Of a stretch of DNA of 59,548 nucleotides, positions 24,620-38,059 are shown one piece after another (the first letter of the stretch is position 1; each line of letters begins with the position of its first letter). The stretch lies in the NCBI GenBank assembly GCA_964187785.1, contig CAXLNC010001679.1, positions 124,001 through 183,548 of the forward strand, in the 5' to 3' direction. The DNA comes from Amphiscolops sp. MND2022. Its lineage: Eukaryota. Below the pieces are notes generated by a model. That model searched no databases. It was not told the origin of the DNA and saw only the letters and a program-made list of their open reading frames with translations. A program made the translations under genes and the position numbers.

Positions 24620-27300
24620 ATTTTTTTCATCTTTTATTCCTCCCTCTCACCTTTTCGCTACTACCCATTTCTTCTACTGATCCTCTTTCAGACTTAGTTG
24701 AACCTAATGATTCACATATATTTTTGACCTTCTGGGTTTTGATTATGGTTGCTCCAAACAACATATCCTCCGTCAATTCAAATTACCCCGGGTCGAGCCA
24801 TGTGCTCAAGCTCCTTCTTCTTTAGAAAGCACCCGTGCTATTGCTGATTTCTGTGTCCGTGCGAAAGCTAAACTTCCTAAAACCTGGACCTGCGAAGAAA
24901 ATCTTGTGCATGAGAAATTGTAGGTGCTGATCCTACTACAATTTTTGTCGTTTTGATTGTACTGATTATCGTCAAAACACAATGGAACTTACTCGCACCC
25001 CAGATCATACAGAATGTAAACATGCTATTCGTGCTGATACCCCTCAATTCAATGCTTTTGATGACAGTAGGTATTTTACCTTTCTCGATGATATTCAACA
25101 ACAACGACTCCTTGAAACTAAATAACCTACTTTTTGTGTCACCAAACTAAACAAATATCATTATGGTGCTTTGGCCTGGATTACAATTTCTCAAGGTAAT
25201 TTAAAATCGACTCTAAAAGAAAGGGCTGTCTCTTGGGATGTGTTTGGATATAAATTTGAAAAGACAGAACCTTTATTGTTACAGAAATCGAAATCACCTG
25301 TGATTATAAGACAACAAATTAAATTATCATAGACATTCAATACCTTGCATCCACGAAGATGGCTTCTGTATATCAACCATTTCAACACTATTGTTTGCTG
25401 AAGAATTATGTTTCTCTGTTTCAATCCACTCCTTTATTGGATTATTGTCTAAAATCAGTATTGGTTATTGGGTTGAACCTGAACACTTCCTTAACAACAA
25501 CAACTCAAATGTTTCTCCTGAAACACCTTACCACGATTAATTCTGAATCTCAAACTCATCTTTGTCGTTTTGAACTCTTGCCTGAAAGTAAACTGTTTTG
25601 TAAGAAACTTACAATTCTTTACTCTACTCAATACCCTGATCTCCTTATTACATGAAGAAAGCTTTAATATGCACACTGGTCAACGTAATACCCTTCAACT
25701 ATCTGAAGATGAAGAACATGACGGCCTCTCTACTCAACTCAACCCCGGTTAACTAGTTCAAACTCAAAATCAAAACATCTTTCCTGCGGTAAATTCCTAC
25801 ATTAATTCTGCTACTCAGTAGTTAATGGAGTTACATCGTTAATGGAGTATCAATCAATTTTAATAATAATGTGGGCATCATAATCAAGGACTATTGATTA
25901 TGAACCCCACATTATTACCAAAAATGATTAAAACTCCATTAACGATGTTTTCAAGACCATGCCACACTGTTTGTGAAGAGGAACGCACCCAAGTCTTAAC
26001 TATCCCTCAAGACTTAATAACTGTTATAGATCCACAGTTAGCTGGTTTTCACGAATTGTAGTGTTTTTAATGTTGAAGGTTCAACCGCCTGGCTCTATGA
26101 TAGCACATACCATCTTTCTCCTTTCAATATAGCTGAACAATGTTATGATAATATCCCTGTGACCTATATTGAATCTGTCATGTGTGTTGATACTATTCCT
26201 CGACAAACTTTCGAATGTGCTTATCAAATACCTTGTAATATAATCCTCAAAAAGTTATTGCTCTTCATCCTGATTCATATCAATTTTAGGTTTCAACTCC
26301 ACAGGCTAGTATAAAATACTCTCCTCAACTTTTTGAACCTACTGAAATTGAAACTGCTATAAGCCCTAACACAATTAATGCCCGCGATCCTTGTTTTCAT
26401 TCACAAAAAGAACTCAAAGGTTACGAATCGTGTCCTATTCACAAAACATTCCGATAATACACTCCAACTCCTTGGTAAAGCTGTTAGTAATAGTCATGGG
26501 TAAAAATCATCTGAACTCCTTCCTGATGATCCATAAAAGGCTCTTCGAATTGGTCTTCATCTTCTACTTACTTCCTATTTTTCACCCCTCAATCGTTCAG
26601 TGATGGTTTCAGTCTTTAGCTATCCATGTCACAATTTAACTCGTGGAAGTTAGTTCTTCACTGCACTTTTTTCACAATTTGCTTTCAATGCCCTCCTCAA
26701 TTTATATCGATCTTTTACTGTTAAAATGATTCTTGAAAAACAGATCACTCTCAGTTCTGCGTTGGGTTTTGTGTCTTCGAAACTATAACAAAAACCATGA
26801 TGACATCTATGATGCACCCTTCCAATTCTGACTCTGACAATGATGACAAGATTACAATCATTAAGACTCACGCCCACTTCCTCATTCTAAATCCACTTTT
26901 AATCCATGTCCTAACAAACCTGATTATGACATTAAATCCAAACCTTTTTCAAAAGAAACTTTTCAAATCTTTTAAATAGAAATACTATCCATCAATCCTT
27001 ACATTAAACATCTGCTTTAATCGCCAACATACCACTTATAAAAACTCCTCAATTACTGGAATGTAACTCACTTCCTATTCCTGATTATAAGTTGCATTCT
27101 AATTCCTATAATAACCTATCCCATTGTTATTCACACTTACCGCAATTGACATCTCTTCCAAATTTACATAAACCCTCTTCCTTCTCCTGAAGACACCAAT
27201 TTTAACGGAAACCTCCTCTAATATATCTCCAGTACACAATGTATGGCAGTCAACCAAAATATATTCCCCTACTTAACCAACAATGAAAATTAATGACATC
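24620..27300 (+). pseudogene. env-like glycoprotein of element C (most complete remnant)
   Basis: Signal-like FFHLLFLPLTFSLLPISS; DYGCSKQHILRQF..C..TRAIA..VRAKAK..WTCE; EGSTAWLYD..CYDNIPVTY..TRQTF; a TM region at about 26620-26700; a long Ser/Pro-rich tail. Confidence 0.8.
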
Positions 27301-27992
27301 ACTTTACCTTCTGTCAATAGTATATTCATTCAATCTGAAAGCCATGTCAAATTTCATTCATCTCGCTTCCTACCTGAATAACTCAACAACTTCTCTATAC
27401 AATGAATTTAGTCAAGTTTCTCTTGCTGTGGAGCTGCTTTCTCGTTCACCAACTTTCTTCTCAAAAACGCGAACTTTCAAATCAAAGTAGTACACAGTTT
27501 CCATTTATATTTTTACTTCTGAAAGAACTCACAATTTTTAGTCATCAAATATATCTGCTTATACCGTTTTTCTCACTCTACATTATATATTCTCTCACAA
27601 ATCTGCATCATTTTACACCCTTCAATAGTATATCTTTAAACTTCAGCGTGTATAACAAACCACTAAAATGACTTCTCATCAATGTGACGAAAAACCTCAT
27701 TCTGATATCGCCTCTTTTACTTTACCTCTCTTCCTTAAAATCAGGTACCTTGAACTCCCAACTCATGTGCTTGAACCAACTCCTATCACTTCTATTCAAT
27801 CTCCTGAACTAGCACTTTCAATATTGCTCCTTCATTCAAACTCCTAGTGTTTCTACTATTCAAACATAACCTCTCTTTTCATCTCCTGAAACTCCTCATT
27901 CTCCCCCTCCTCCACCTACTAATCATCAAGCTACTACTGTTACTATGGATAATTGCACTTATACTATTCCTAAATAGAAAAAAAGGAAGACC

Positions 27993-29100
27993 ATGCCTTC
28001 AAACATCATGGTATTCTTCCTCCTACTCTACACCTGTAAAAATTCAACTCAAACCAATACAAAGACTGACGACATTCCACGCACTCATCTCAATTTTAAA
28101 GCCAATCTTCTTTTCCTCTGTATAACGCATACTACCTATAAATTCCGCTTTCTCGAAGCTCGTAATTTTGATCAAATTGTCACATATGCATCTAAGAAAT
28201 TAGAAAAAAAACACCATTTTTGCCAATTAAATTAACGAGTTTTTTTCCAATTCCAATTCAACTTTTTAAAACCAACTCGACATGATCTTGAAACAAACTC
28301 AAATGATATCACTACCGCTCCAGCATCAAAGCAACTCCGTCATCAAACGTATCAACCTTTTCCTCAAACAGAAACATCATCAGAATTTCATCTTCATAAA
28401 CCACAAATTAACTTCGCTGTTCTCCTACCACTCTCACTACTCTTTAAACCATCACTACATCATCGGTTTTATTCGCAATTATGACCCTGTTAAACAATTT
28501 TATATACTTGCACGCTATCATGATCCAACTCGTCCTCTATTTGATGATCACTCGCGATCTCTGTACACTTCTCTTGTACATTAACGTTACGCTACTGCTC
28601 AACTGAATTTTGTCATTGCAAACCTTCAATTTAAAAAAAAAAACCAATACGAGTCTTTTCCGGCTATTACTAACATTCCTTAACAAATCAAGAAGGCTTT
28701 GGCTAAATCAATTCCTCCATCTTCCACAGCTCTTGTACTTTCTCTTGTTCCTCCTCCAACTCTTGTTCAACCACCCTCCTCTTCATACGCCTTGCAAACT
28801 GTAAACCCCAAATATCTGTATTAACTTTGTCTCCTGTCCTACTGATAAACTGGTCACAGCAATTCTTAACTTCCTTCTTCCTCATGTTGAACTCGCTCGT
28901 AACACTCCTTACATCTCTTTGATACTTATCGTTTGCTTCAGAATTTTCTTCAACTCCACAAAAACTCCACACTCGGACTATGTTTACTATACTTATTGAA
29001 GATTTTCTCAAAACACCTTTTGTTCTGGAAACTCCTTGTTCATTTGTCACTTCCTCCTAATTTTTTTTCACTCCTTCTCCTCATTTTTCACTCCGCCTTC
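27993..29100 (+). pseudogene. Conserved accessory ORF-X downstream of env (duplicated at 34797-35900)
   Basis: Motifs HTTYKFRF, FDQIVTYASKKLE, FSYHSHYSL, DDHSRSLYTSLV, SCPTDKLVT and FDTYRLLQNFLQLH are all shared with 47540-48780. Confidence 0.6.
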
Positions 29101-30096
29101 TTCAAGTTTTCACTCCTGCCTGAATTTCACTACATTTTTTTTGCCAAGGGTAAAAACATTCTTTTGAGTTTTTTTTAGTTTTTCTCTTCAATTTAAACAC
29201 CTCCACTTTATCTTTCCATCTATCATTAATCTCGTAACTTCTCAAACTGCGAATTTGATCCTTTCTTCCACTGTCCATTGACAATTTTTATTCAGCATCT
29301 CTCAAAACTCCTCTGTTAACTTCCAGCTTTTGACACTACCTAGTAGAAACTTTTTGTTCATCGATTTTATCCTTAATTACATCTCGTTTCTCACAAGACT
29401 TACCATGTCAACTATTCAATTTGTTTCAAAGCTCGTTCTAAAATCATTCACTTTTCTCAAAAAAAAACAATTATGTCTTTTCATCAAGAAACTGGTTTCC
29501 GTTTTCCTAGCATACCTTGTTTTATTTCACTTTTATATCCTCTCAGTCTACTCGCTATGGACTTGGAAAATACTTGATCGTTTGTACCACAAGTTATCGA
29601 AAACTCAGCTGAAATATGAGTTCACGTTATTTAAGACAAGATTGTTTCTCATCTCTTTTTTATGTCACAAAATACAGTATTGTTTCTGACCTCAAATTGA
29701 GTTTTTAACATTTGTTTATTTTGGATCGCAGGTAATTCGTTCCTTTCGCATCGCAATTTTGTTGGTTTCACCATGCTACTCGACATTGAATAAACAAAAC
29801 ACAATACAATTAAAAATACAAGTACAAACACATTCAAATACAAAACTCGTGCCCCTTGATTTTATCATTGCTCTTCATTGTCAACCTCCAATATTACAGT
29901 CCTTTCGCTGCGTGTCCTAAAGCAATACTGTTTTTTTTCAATCACCCCTCTTGAAATCTTTTTCGGCTTTCACAACTGTTCGGCTTCTTTTAAACTCCAT
30001 CCCAAAGTTAGAACACAAATACCATGCACTACATCCTCCACTTCTGTTGCAGCTTCTTTCACTTTGCTGCCCATTTCTTCTTTTTAATCTCCCAAG

Positions 30097-31200
30097 ATGC
30101 CTATTCTCACATCAGAGGCTGTGGCCACCAACTACATTTTGCAACAATGCTCCTTAATCAGAGGCTTGACCCAAAAACTTGAAACTCGCAAGCCCCGGTA
30201 TCCGAAACGTCCACAACTGCCCCCAGGTGAAGCAGGATCTGCTACGAAGATAAGTGTCCAGTCTTCTGTAAATAACAAAAGCTTGAAAACAATAACATAT
30301 CTCAAGCAATACGAAGCTTATTCCGACGAACAATTCAAGTTTCAAAACTCACCGAATATAATCCAATCGCCAAAAATTTGAATCAAATAGCTAATCTTTT
30401 ATTCACTCCCTCGCGTTATCTAAAATTAAACCCCTTTTTCTTTAGCTCTACTGTTAACCCCTCACTATTCAAAAACACCCAATACCTATTTTAATTGCTT
30501 ACAATTTACCCTCATTCCGCAAAGGTTCTTACCTTCTTCCCTTCAATCTTTGTCAAATTAAAACTCCATCTGCTCAAATGCCGCCATCCCTTGCGCTGAT
30601 ACCATTAAAATTGAAGCTCTTACCACCCATTACCCAAAGTTTTGATGATTTCTCAAAAGTTCTGGAAAATGATTTATATACTTTGGCTACTTCTCTGCAA
30701 GAATTCGACACACAATTCTCATCGTGTTTTCTATAAATTTAAAAGACATTCTTATAAAAATTCCTGTATATTCTGTCTCTTACCTTGTAATTTCTCCTCT
30801 TATTTTAAACCCACTCTTAGGGCTCTTCTTCGTAAACATAAAACTTCTTTAATGCCATTTCTTTTCAACGAACAGTAAACTTTAATACAATTTACATTTT
30901 CGATGCATTTCCACAATGTTGTTCCTGGTCATTTAGCGTCAACATCTTACTATTTGATATACCTATAATCTATTTTTCAATCATCAACCCCCATCCATTA
31001 TGTGAATGTCTAGACTTGAATCATGAATTTCAAAGTACCTAATTTTCCTTCTGTACCATGCTTCTTACTGTAAAGCTCCGTGATTTTACTTTTGCTCATT
31101 TTACACTTCTCTCGTATGATATTCATTGTATCGATAAAAGTCTTGAACTTCCTCATTCTGTAAGACAATACATAATCGTACTACTAAAACATTATCTTCT
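30097..31200 (+). pseudogene. Pre-gag ORF-Y or extended gag N-terminus of element D (duplicated at about 36900-38040)
   Basis: RKPRYPKRPQLPPGEA (30187-30233) matches RKPRQQKRPQLPLGEA at 49400-49446. TTCTTTAATGCCATT is shared between about 30845 and about 49972. Confidence 0.45.
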
Positions 31201-31249
31201 CAAACATTCCCTTCCGTCTCCAAAGTTTCAGTAAATACTCATATTATTG

Positions 31250-34200
31250 GTACCAAATCTTGATCCTCCTCCTCCGCCTTTTTTAAATAACACCATCACT
31301 ACTCATCCTTCAACTTCACACTCACCGCACCAATATAGCACTCCTTCTAACTCTTATCCACCACCAAATTTTATTACTATCCGACCCTCTATTTCTCGAA
31401 TTCATCAAAATTTTCCTCAAATTCCACTTTCCTTCCCCTATGCAATAACTACTCAACCACAAGATCACTTGTCTCGAACATATTTTCCAACATCTCTTTT
31501 TCTAATCCTATCCCTCTATCATCCTTTCCTACATCTCAAAACCCTTCGCGGAACTTTCCAACTTCTTCTTTCCCCCCTTCCCCTACTCCTTATGATCCAT
31601 CCTAAACAAGGCTGATATAATGATTACCCGGCCACTAAAATTCCTAAATGTAATGAAATTTTTACCCGTGGTCTCCCAAACAGGTAAACGATTTTGCGAA
31701 CAAAGTCAAACATAATTCACATTCACTTGAACGACCATTCTTTTTCACTCTCTTGTTAACATGGTCAATCAAAATGTTACTGTTAAGAACCTCCTCAGAA
31801 TCCCCAAACACACGCCGTAGACCCGAATATTAAATCTGAACATCAATTCAAAAAGTTTTGCTGCTTTCGCTATAAAATCAACAATTCTGTTTACATTGTT
31901 ATGCCATACGCAATATGCTTAAAATATCTAAACCTCAATCAAAATGTTCTACTCCCTTCTTTCATCATTATTTCAAAGCACCCTTCAACAAGAATAACAC
32001 CCAAGCTCCTCGTTATGGTAGTTGATATAAATCTCATTCTTATTCTCGCTCAAAAGCTTGTTCAAAATATTATGACAAACACTCCTCCCATAATCATTCT
32101 CCATACTATGATCGTCACCGATCTCGCTATGATCAGTATTATCGAAAATGTCCTTCACGAACATTTTATCCTTTCCGGTTGCTATCATTCCCCATCCTCT
32201 CGTAGCCCATATAATTATTGCCATCGTTCTCGCGAATGCTCCTCTAGTTATAATAACTCCTCTTTCAGACGTTATACATCCCCGTATCGTTCGCCCTCTA
32301 AACCTCGTTTGATCGTTATCGAAGTCGATCACACTCAAATTCAAAACACTCCTCTAATTACCATTAAAAACCCACTGTTATTTTTATTCAACAACCCACC
32401 TCACTATTTCACAACCCTCCCTCTACAAAACCTAAGGTCGAAGTTAATATGTATCACCCAAACTCCCCCTCTTGTTCACAATACTCCACACCTTCAAATA
32501 TTCATGCTAACGCTATCACGTTGCATACGCTTCTAGTTGGTTTGTTAGTCTATACAATTTCAAACCACCCGATGACACTTTCAGAATATTTGCTGATCAC
32601 TTCCTTAAGTGCTCAAAATCGAATCCCACAAATAATGATTTTAAAACCTCAATAGTTGGCAGTAGACAAAATTGGCAACTGTTGGCAAAGTTGGCAATGT
32701 TGGCAAAGTTGGCAAAGTTGGCAAAGTTGGCAAAATTGGCAATACAAATTGGTTCCACCCCTCTGATAAATCCATCCATAGTACAACTTTTCAAAACCCA
32801 CTAAAGGAGATACAATTAAAGTTGTCCTTGATGATATACACTTAAACTATAACACCGATCAATCCGTTGAATCTTGGCCTATTGAACATTTAGCTCCTCG
32901 ACTTGCACGCGGTAACAAAAAATTAAATGTGCAATTGTCCTTATGTATGTTCATTCCCCTTTAGATGAAGAAAGCATCACACTTACCAGTTTCTCAACTG
33001 GCGATAAACTCTATGCCTTAATTCGAGGTTTTTACGGTTTCAAAGGACTACCATTTTTTTTCAAAACAAATGCTACCTTTTTCAAAAAAAACTCACCGAC
33101 CAAGGCTTTGCACTTCTTTATGTATCCTCCTCCTTGCTTGTCCAAAAACTCATAGGCTTGATTTATTTGAAAGTTTACACCAAATATGTAGGTCTAACAA
33201 TCTTGAAATTGCTCCTGGAAAATCATGTTCTCCTTACTGTGAAACTTCGTGGACATGAAATTGGCAATGATACGATTAACCTATCTACTCTAAAGTTGAT
33301 GGCATAGATAAATTGACAACTATCAGTTCTGCGATGTTTTGGTTCAATGAACGTCTACTCCAATCTCATAAGCAAACTCCACATTCCACTCAGGTTTTTT
33401 TCTACTCTCGTCCTTGATGATATTTCATTTGAATTGACTCTTGCAATGAATCAAGTCCTAAATGGAATTAAAATCTCTCTCTCAAAAGATACTGAACTCG
33501 CAATTCCTAACACCACTTATCTTCTCTAGATTACAGTTGACGCCTCTCTTCTTGGTCTAGGTGCAATGTTATTTCAACCCAACACAGATAACAAAAGGTA
33601 AGTTATATCTCATAACTCCAGTTTAACAACTCAAGAACAAAAACTTTCTAGCTTTGATCGAGAACTCTGTGCTAAACATTCGCTCTTCATTATCATTGGC
33701 TCTAAATTCCTAATGTTTTTTACAGATCATAACCTTATTCTTTTTCCATTTACTCGCAAAAGAAACCTCACACCAAGACAATATAAAGCTCAAATGTGAA
33801 AAACAAAATTCTCAAACCTCAAACCTTCAATTTACTCACATGCTGGTACTAATATATTTGTTGCTGATTTTTTCAGTCAAGCTTTTTCACATGTTACAAC
33901 TAAAAAGTGTCAATTACAACCCAAAAATCCCCCTGCGCACATTGAATGGATTTAACCCAAATCCAACAATTCTTTTTGAAAACCCACTTTTTAGTTAAAC
34001 ATGATGATGCCAGCACAAACAAATTCAACCCACTCAATTTAAATTCACTATGGTGATTATCAATTTACACTTCGTATTCAAGATAAAGGTAATACCGTCA
34101 CATACACTCCTCTTGATTCAATCTCTTTTCAGTCTATATCATCCTTTTCAAACAAATATAAAGAACATCAAGAATATATAATAAAGCTAAAACAATGCTT

Positions 34201-34739
34201 CAACAGAACCCTCTTTTATATGAAACTAAGTTGTATGAGTTGATTGTCATGTTACCAAAAGGATTCCGCAACAACACTCACAATCAACCCTTTCATCCTA
34301 TTGAAACTCTCCCCTCTGAATTCCAATACTACTATTTTAGTGACTCTCATCTTTCTGAAGATCTTTTAGGCAATATGACAAGTTCTTTATCTTCAAACGC
34401 TGATGAATCTCCTCATGCTAACGCTGTGTTTCAAACTTCTATTAAACCTACTGCTTCCCAGTCATTGCTTTTTTATATGTACTTTTCAACTAATTGAACA
34501 GCTTTTTCCTTCCATGTTTTACCATTACAACGTTAACCATCCGACCATTCTGTTGAAGCTCAAAAAATATCCTGTTCTCGTCACTGCTGAAACATGGTTA
34601 AAGCAAAAACAAACACCTTACACTTTAACCTCAATTCTTGGAGCTAACTCTTTCCTTCTACATAATACAAACAATTCCAACATTTACAAATTGACTCAAA
34701 GTAACATCCTATCCAACAGTACACACCCGACCCTCGAAC
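31250..34739 (+). pseudogene. gag and partial pol of element D, first copy (protease deleted; ends before integrase at the duplication junction)
   Basis: gag core CNEIFTRGLP; an RS-rich region; RT fragments KVVLD, FSTGDKLYALIRGFYGFKGLP; RNase H TVDASLLGLGAMLFQ, FDREL, FTDH. Confidence 0.85.
32672..32744. repeat. 9-bp tandem repeat (TTGGCAAAG)x8 at the protease/RT deletion site
   Basis: Eight contiguous units; an identical array lies at 39488-39560. Confidence 0.95.
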
Positions 34740-37700
34740 ACTGTTACTATGGATAATTGCACTTATACTATTCCTAAATAGAAAAAAAGGAAGACCATGC
34801 CTTCAAACATCATGGTATTCTTCCTCCTACTCTACACCTGTAAAAATTCAACTCAAACCAATACAAAGACTGACGACATTCTACGCACTCATCTCAATTT
34901 TAAAGCCAATCTTCTTTTCCTCTGTATAACGCATACTACCTATAAATTCCGCTTTCTCGAAGCTCGTAATTTTGATCAAATTGTCACATATGCATCTAAG
35001 AAATTAGAAAAAAACACCATTTTTGCCAATTAAAAGAACGAGTTTTTTTCCAATTCCAATTCAACTTTTTAAAACCAACTCGACATGATCTTGAAACAAA
35101 CTCAAATGATATCACTACCGCTCCAGCATCAAAGCAACTCCATCATCAAACGTATCAACCTTTTCCTCAAACAGAAACATCATCAGAATTTCATCTTCCT
35201 AAACCACAAATTAACTTCGCTGTTCTCCTACCACTCTCACTACTCTTTAAACCATCACTATATCATCGGTTTTATTCGCAATTATGACCCTGTTAAACAA
35301 TTTTATATACTTGCACGCTATCATGATCCAACTCGTCCTCTATTTGATGATCACTCGCGATCTCTGTACACTTCTCTTGTACATTAACGTTACGCTACTG
35401 CTCAACTGAATTTTGTCATTGCAAACCTTCAATTTTTAAAAAAAACCAATACGAGTCTTTTCCGGCTATTACGAACATTCCTTAACAAATCAAGAAGGCC
35501 TTGGCTAAATCAATTCCTCCATCTTCCACAGCTCTTGTACTTTCTCTTGTTCCTCCTCCAACTCTTGTTCAACCACCCTCCTCTTCATACGCCTTGCAAA
35601 CTTTAAACCCCAAATATCTGTATTAACTTTGTCTCCTGTCCTACTGATAAACTGGTCACAGCAATTCTTAACTTCCTTCTTCCTCATGTTGAACTCGCTC
35701 GTAACACTCCTTACATCTCTTTGATACTTATCGTTTGCTTCAGAATTTTCTTCAACTCCACAAAAACTCCACACTCGGACTATGTTTACTATACTTGTTG
35801 AAGATTTTCTCAAAACACCTTTTGTTCTGGAAACTCCTTGTTCATTTGTCACTTCCTCCTAATTTTTTTTCACTCCTTCTCCTCATTTTTTACTCCGCCT
35901 TCTTCAAACTTTCACTCCTGCCTGAATTTCACTACATTTTTTTGCCAAGGGTAAAAACATTCTTTTGAGTTTTTTTTTAGGTTTTTCTCTACAATTTAAA
36001 CACCTCCATTTTATCTTTCAATCTATCATTAATCTCGTAACTTCTCAAACTGCGAATTTGATCCTTTCTTCTACTGTCCATTGACAACTTTTATTCAGCA
36101 TCTCTCAAAACTCCTCTGTTAACTTCCAGCTTTTGACACTACCTAGTACAAACTTTTTTGTTCATCGATTTTATCCTTAATTACATCTCGTTTCTCACAA
36201 GACTTACCATGTCAACTATTCAATTTGTTTCAAAGCTCGTTCTAAAATCATTCACTTTTCTCAAAAAAAACAATTATGTCTTTTCATCAAGAAACTGGTT
36301 TCCGTTTTCCTAGCATACCTTGTTTTATTTCACTTTTATATCCTCTCAGTCTACTCGCTATGGACTTGGAAAATACTTGATCGTTTGTACCACAAGTTAT
36401 CGAAAACTCAGCTGAAATATGAGTTCACGTTATTTAAGACAAGATTGTTTCTCATCTCTTTTTAATGTCACAAAATACAGTATTGTTTCTGACCTCAAAT
36501 TGAGTTTTAAACATTTGTTTATTTTGGATCGCAGGTAATTCGTTCCTTTCGCATCGCAATTTTGTTGGTTTCACCATGCTACTCGACATTGAATAAACAA
36601 AACACAATACAATTAAAAATACAAGTACAAACACATTCAAATACAAAACTCGTGCCCCTTGATTTTATCATTGCTCTTCATTGTCAACCTCCAATATTAC
36701 AGTCCTTTCGCTGCGTGTCCTGATAAAGCAATACTGTTTTTTTTTCAATCACCCCTCTTGAAATATTTTTCGGCTTTCACAACTGTTCGGCTTCTTCTAA
36801 ACTCCATCCCAAAGTTAGAACACAAATACCATGCACTACATCCTCCACTTCTGTTGCAGCTTCTTTCACTTTGCTGCCCATTTCTTCTTTTTCATCTCCC
36901 AAGATGCCTATTCTCACATCAGAGGCTGTGGCCACCAACTACATTTTGCAACAATGCTCCTTAATCAGAGGCTTGACCCAAAAACTTGAAACTCGCAAGC
37001 CCCGGTATCCGAAACGTCCACAACTGCCCCCAGGTGAAGCAGGATCTGCTACGAAGATAAGTGTCCAGTCTTCTGTAAATAACAAAAGCTTGAAAACAAT
37101 AACATATCTCAAGCAATACGAAACTTATTCCGACGAACAATTCAAGTTTCAAAACTCACCGAATATAATCCAATCGCCAAAAATTTGAATCAAATAGCTA
37201 ATCTTTTATTCACTCCCTCGCGTTATCTAAAATTAAACCCCTTTTTCTTTAGCTCTACTGTTAACCCCTCACTATTCAAAAACACCCAATACCTATTTTA
37301 ATTGCTTACAATTTACCCTCATTCCGCAAAGGTTCTTAACTTCTCCCCTTCAATCTTTGTCAAATTAAAACTCCATCTGCTCAACCGCCGCAATCCCTTG
37401 CGCTGATACCATTAAAATTGAAGCTCTTACCACCCATTACCCAAAGTTTTGATGATTTCTCAAAAGTTCTCGAAAATGATTTATATTCTTTGGCTACTTC
37501 TCTGCAAGAATTCGACACACAATTCTTATCGTGTTTTCTATAAATTTAAAAGACATTCTTATAAAAATTCCTGTATATTCTGTCTCTCACCTTGTAATTT
37601 CTCCTCTTCTTTTAAACCCACTCTTAGGGCTCTTCTTCGTAAACATAAAACTTCTTTAATGCCATTTCTTTTCAACGAACAGTAAACTTTAATACAATTT

Positions 37701-38059
37701 ACATTTTCGATGCATTTCCACAATGTTGTTCCTGGTCATTTAGCGTCAACATCTTACTATTTGATATACCTATAATCTATTTTTCAATCATCAACCCCCA
37801 TCCATTATGTGAATGTCTAGACTTGAATCATGTACCTTGAATTTTAAAGTACCTAATTTTCCTTCTGTACCATGCTTCTTACTGTAAAGCTCCGTGATTT
37901 TACTTTTGCCCATTTTACACTTCTCTCGTATGATATTCATTGTATCGATAAAAGTCTTGAACTTCCTCATTCTGTAAGACAATACATAATTGTACTACTA
38001 AAACATTATCTTCTCAAACATTCCCTTGCGTCTCCAAAGTTTCAGTAAATACTCATATT

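Larger units (their letters stand above)
17700..29100 (+). mobile_element. Degraded env-bearing Ty3/Gypsy element C (pre-gag ORF, gag, pol, env, ORF-X)
   Basis: Ordered remnants of gag, PR, RT, RNase H, IN, env and an accessory ORF. LTR boundaries were not resolved. Confidence 0.85.

Noticed and set aside
28703-29050. 115-aa antisense gene, open in both duplicate copies (also 35505-35852)
   Set aside because: Comparison with the diverged homolog at about 48550-48780 shows conservation and synonymous changes in the + frame (ORF-X). Both amino-acid differences between the two antisense copies are non-synonymous. It is a shadow ORF.
32597-32794. Protein with FAN-FAN repeats (also 39413-39610)
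   Set aside because: It is only the minus-strand translation of the 9-bp DNA repeat.
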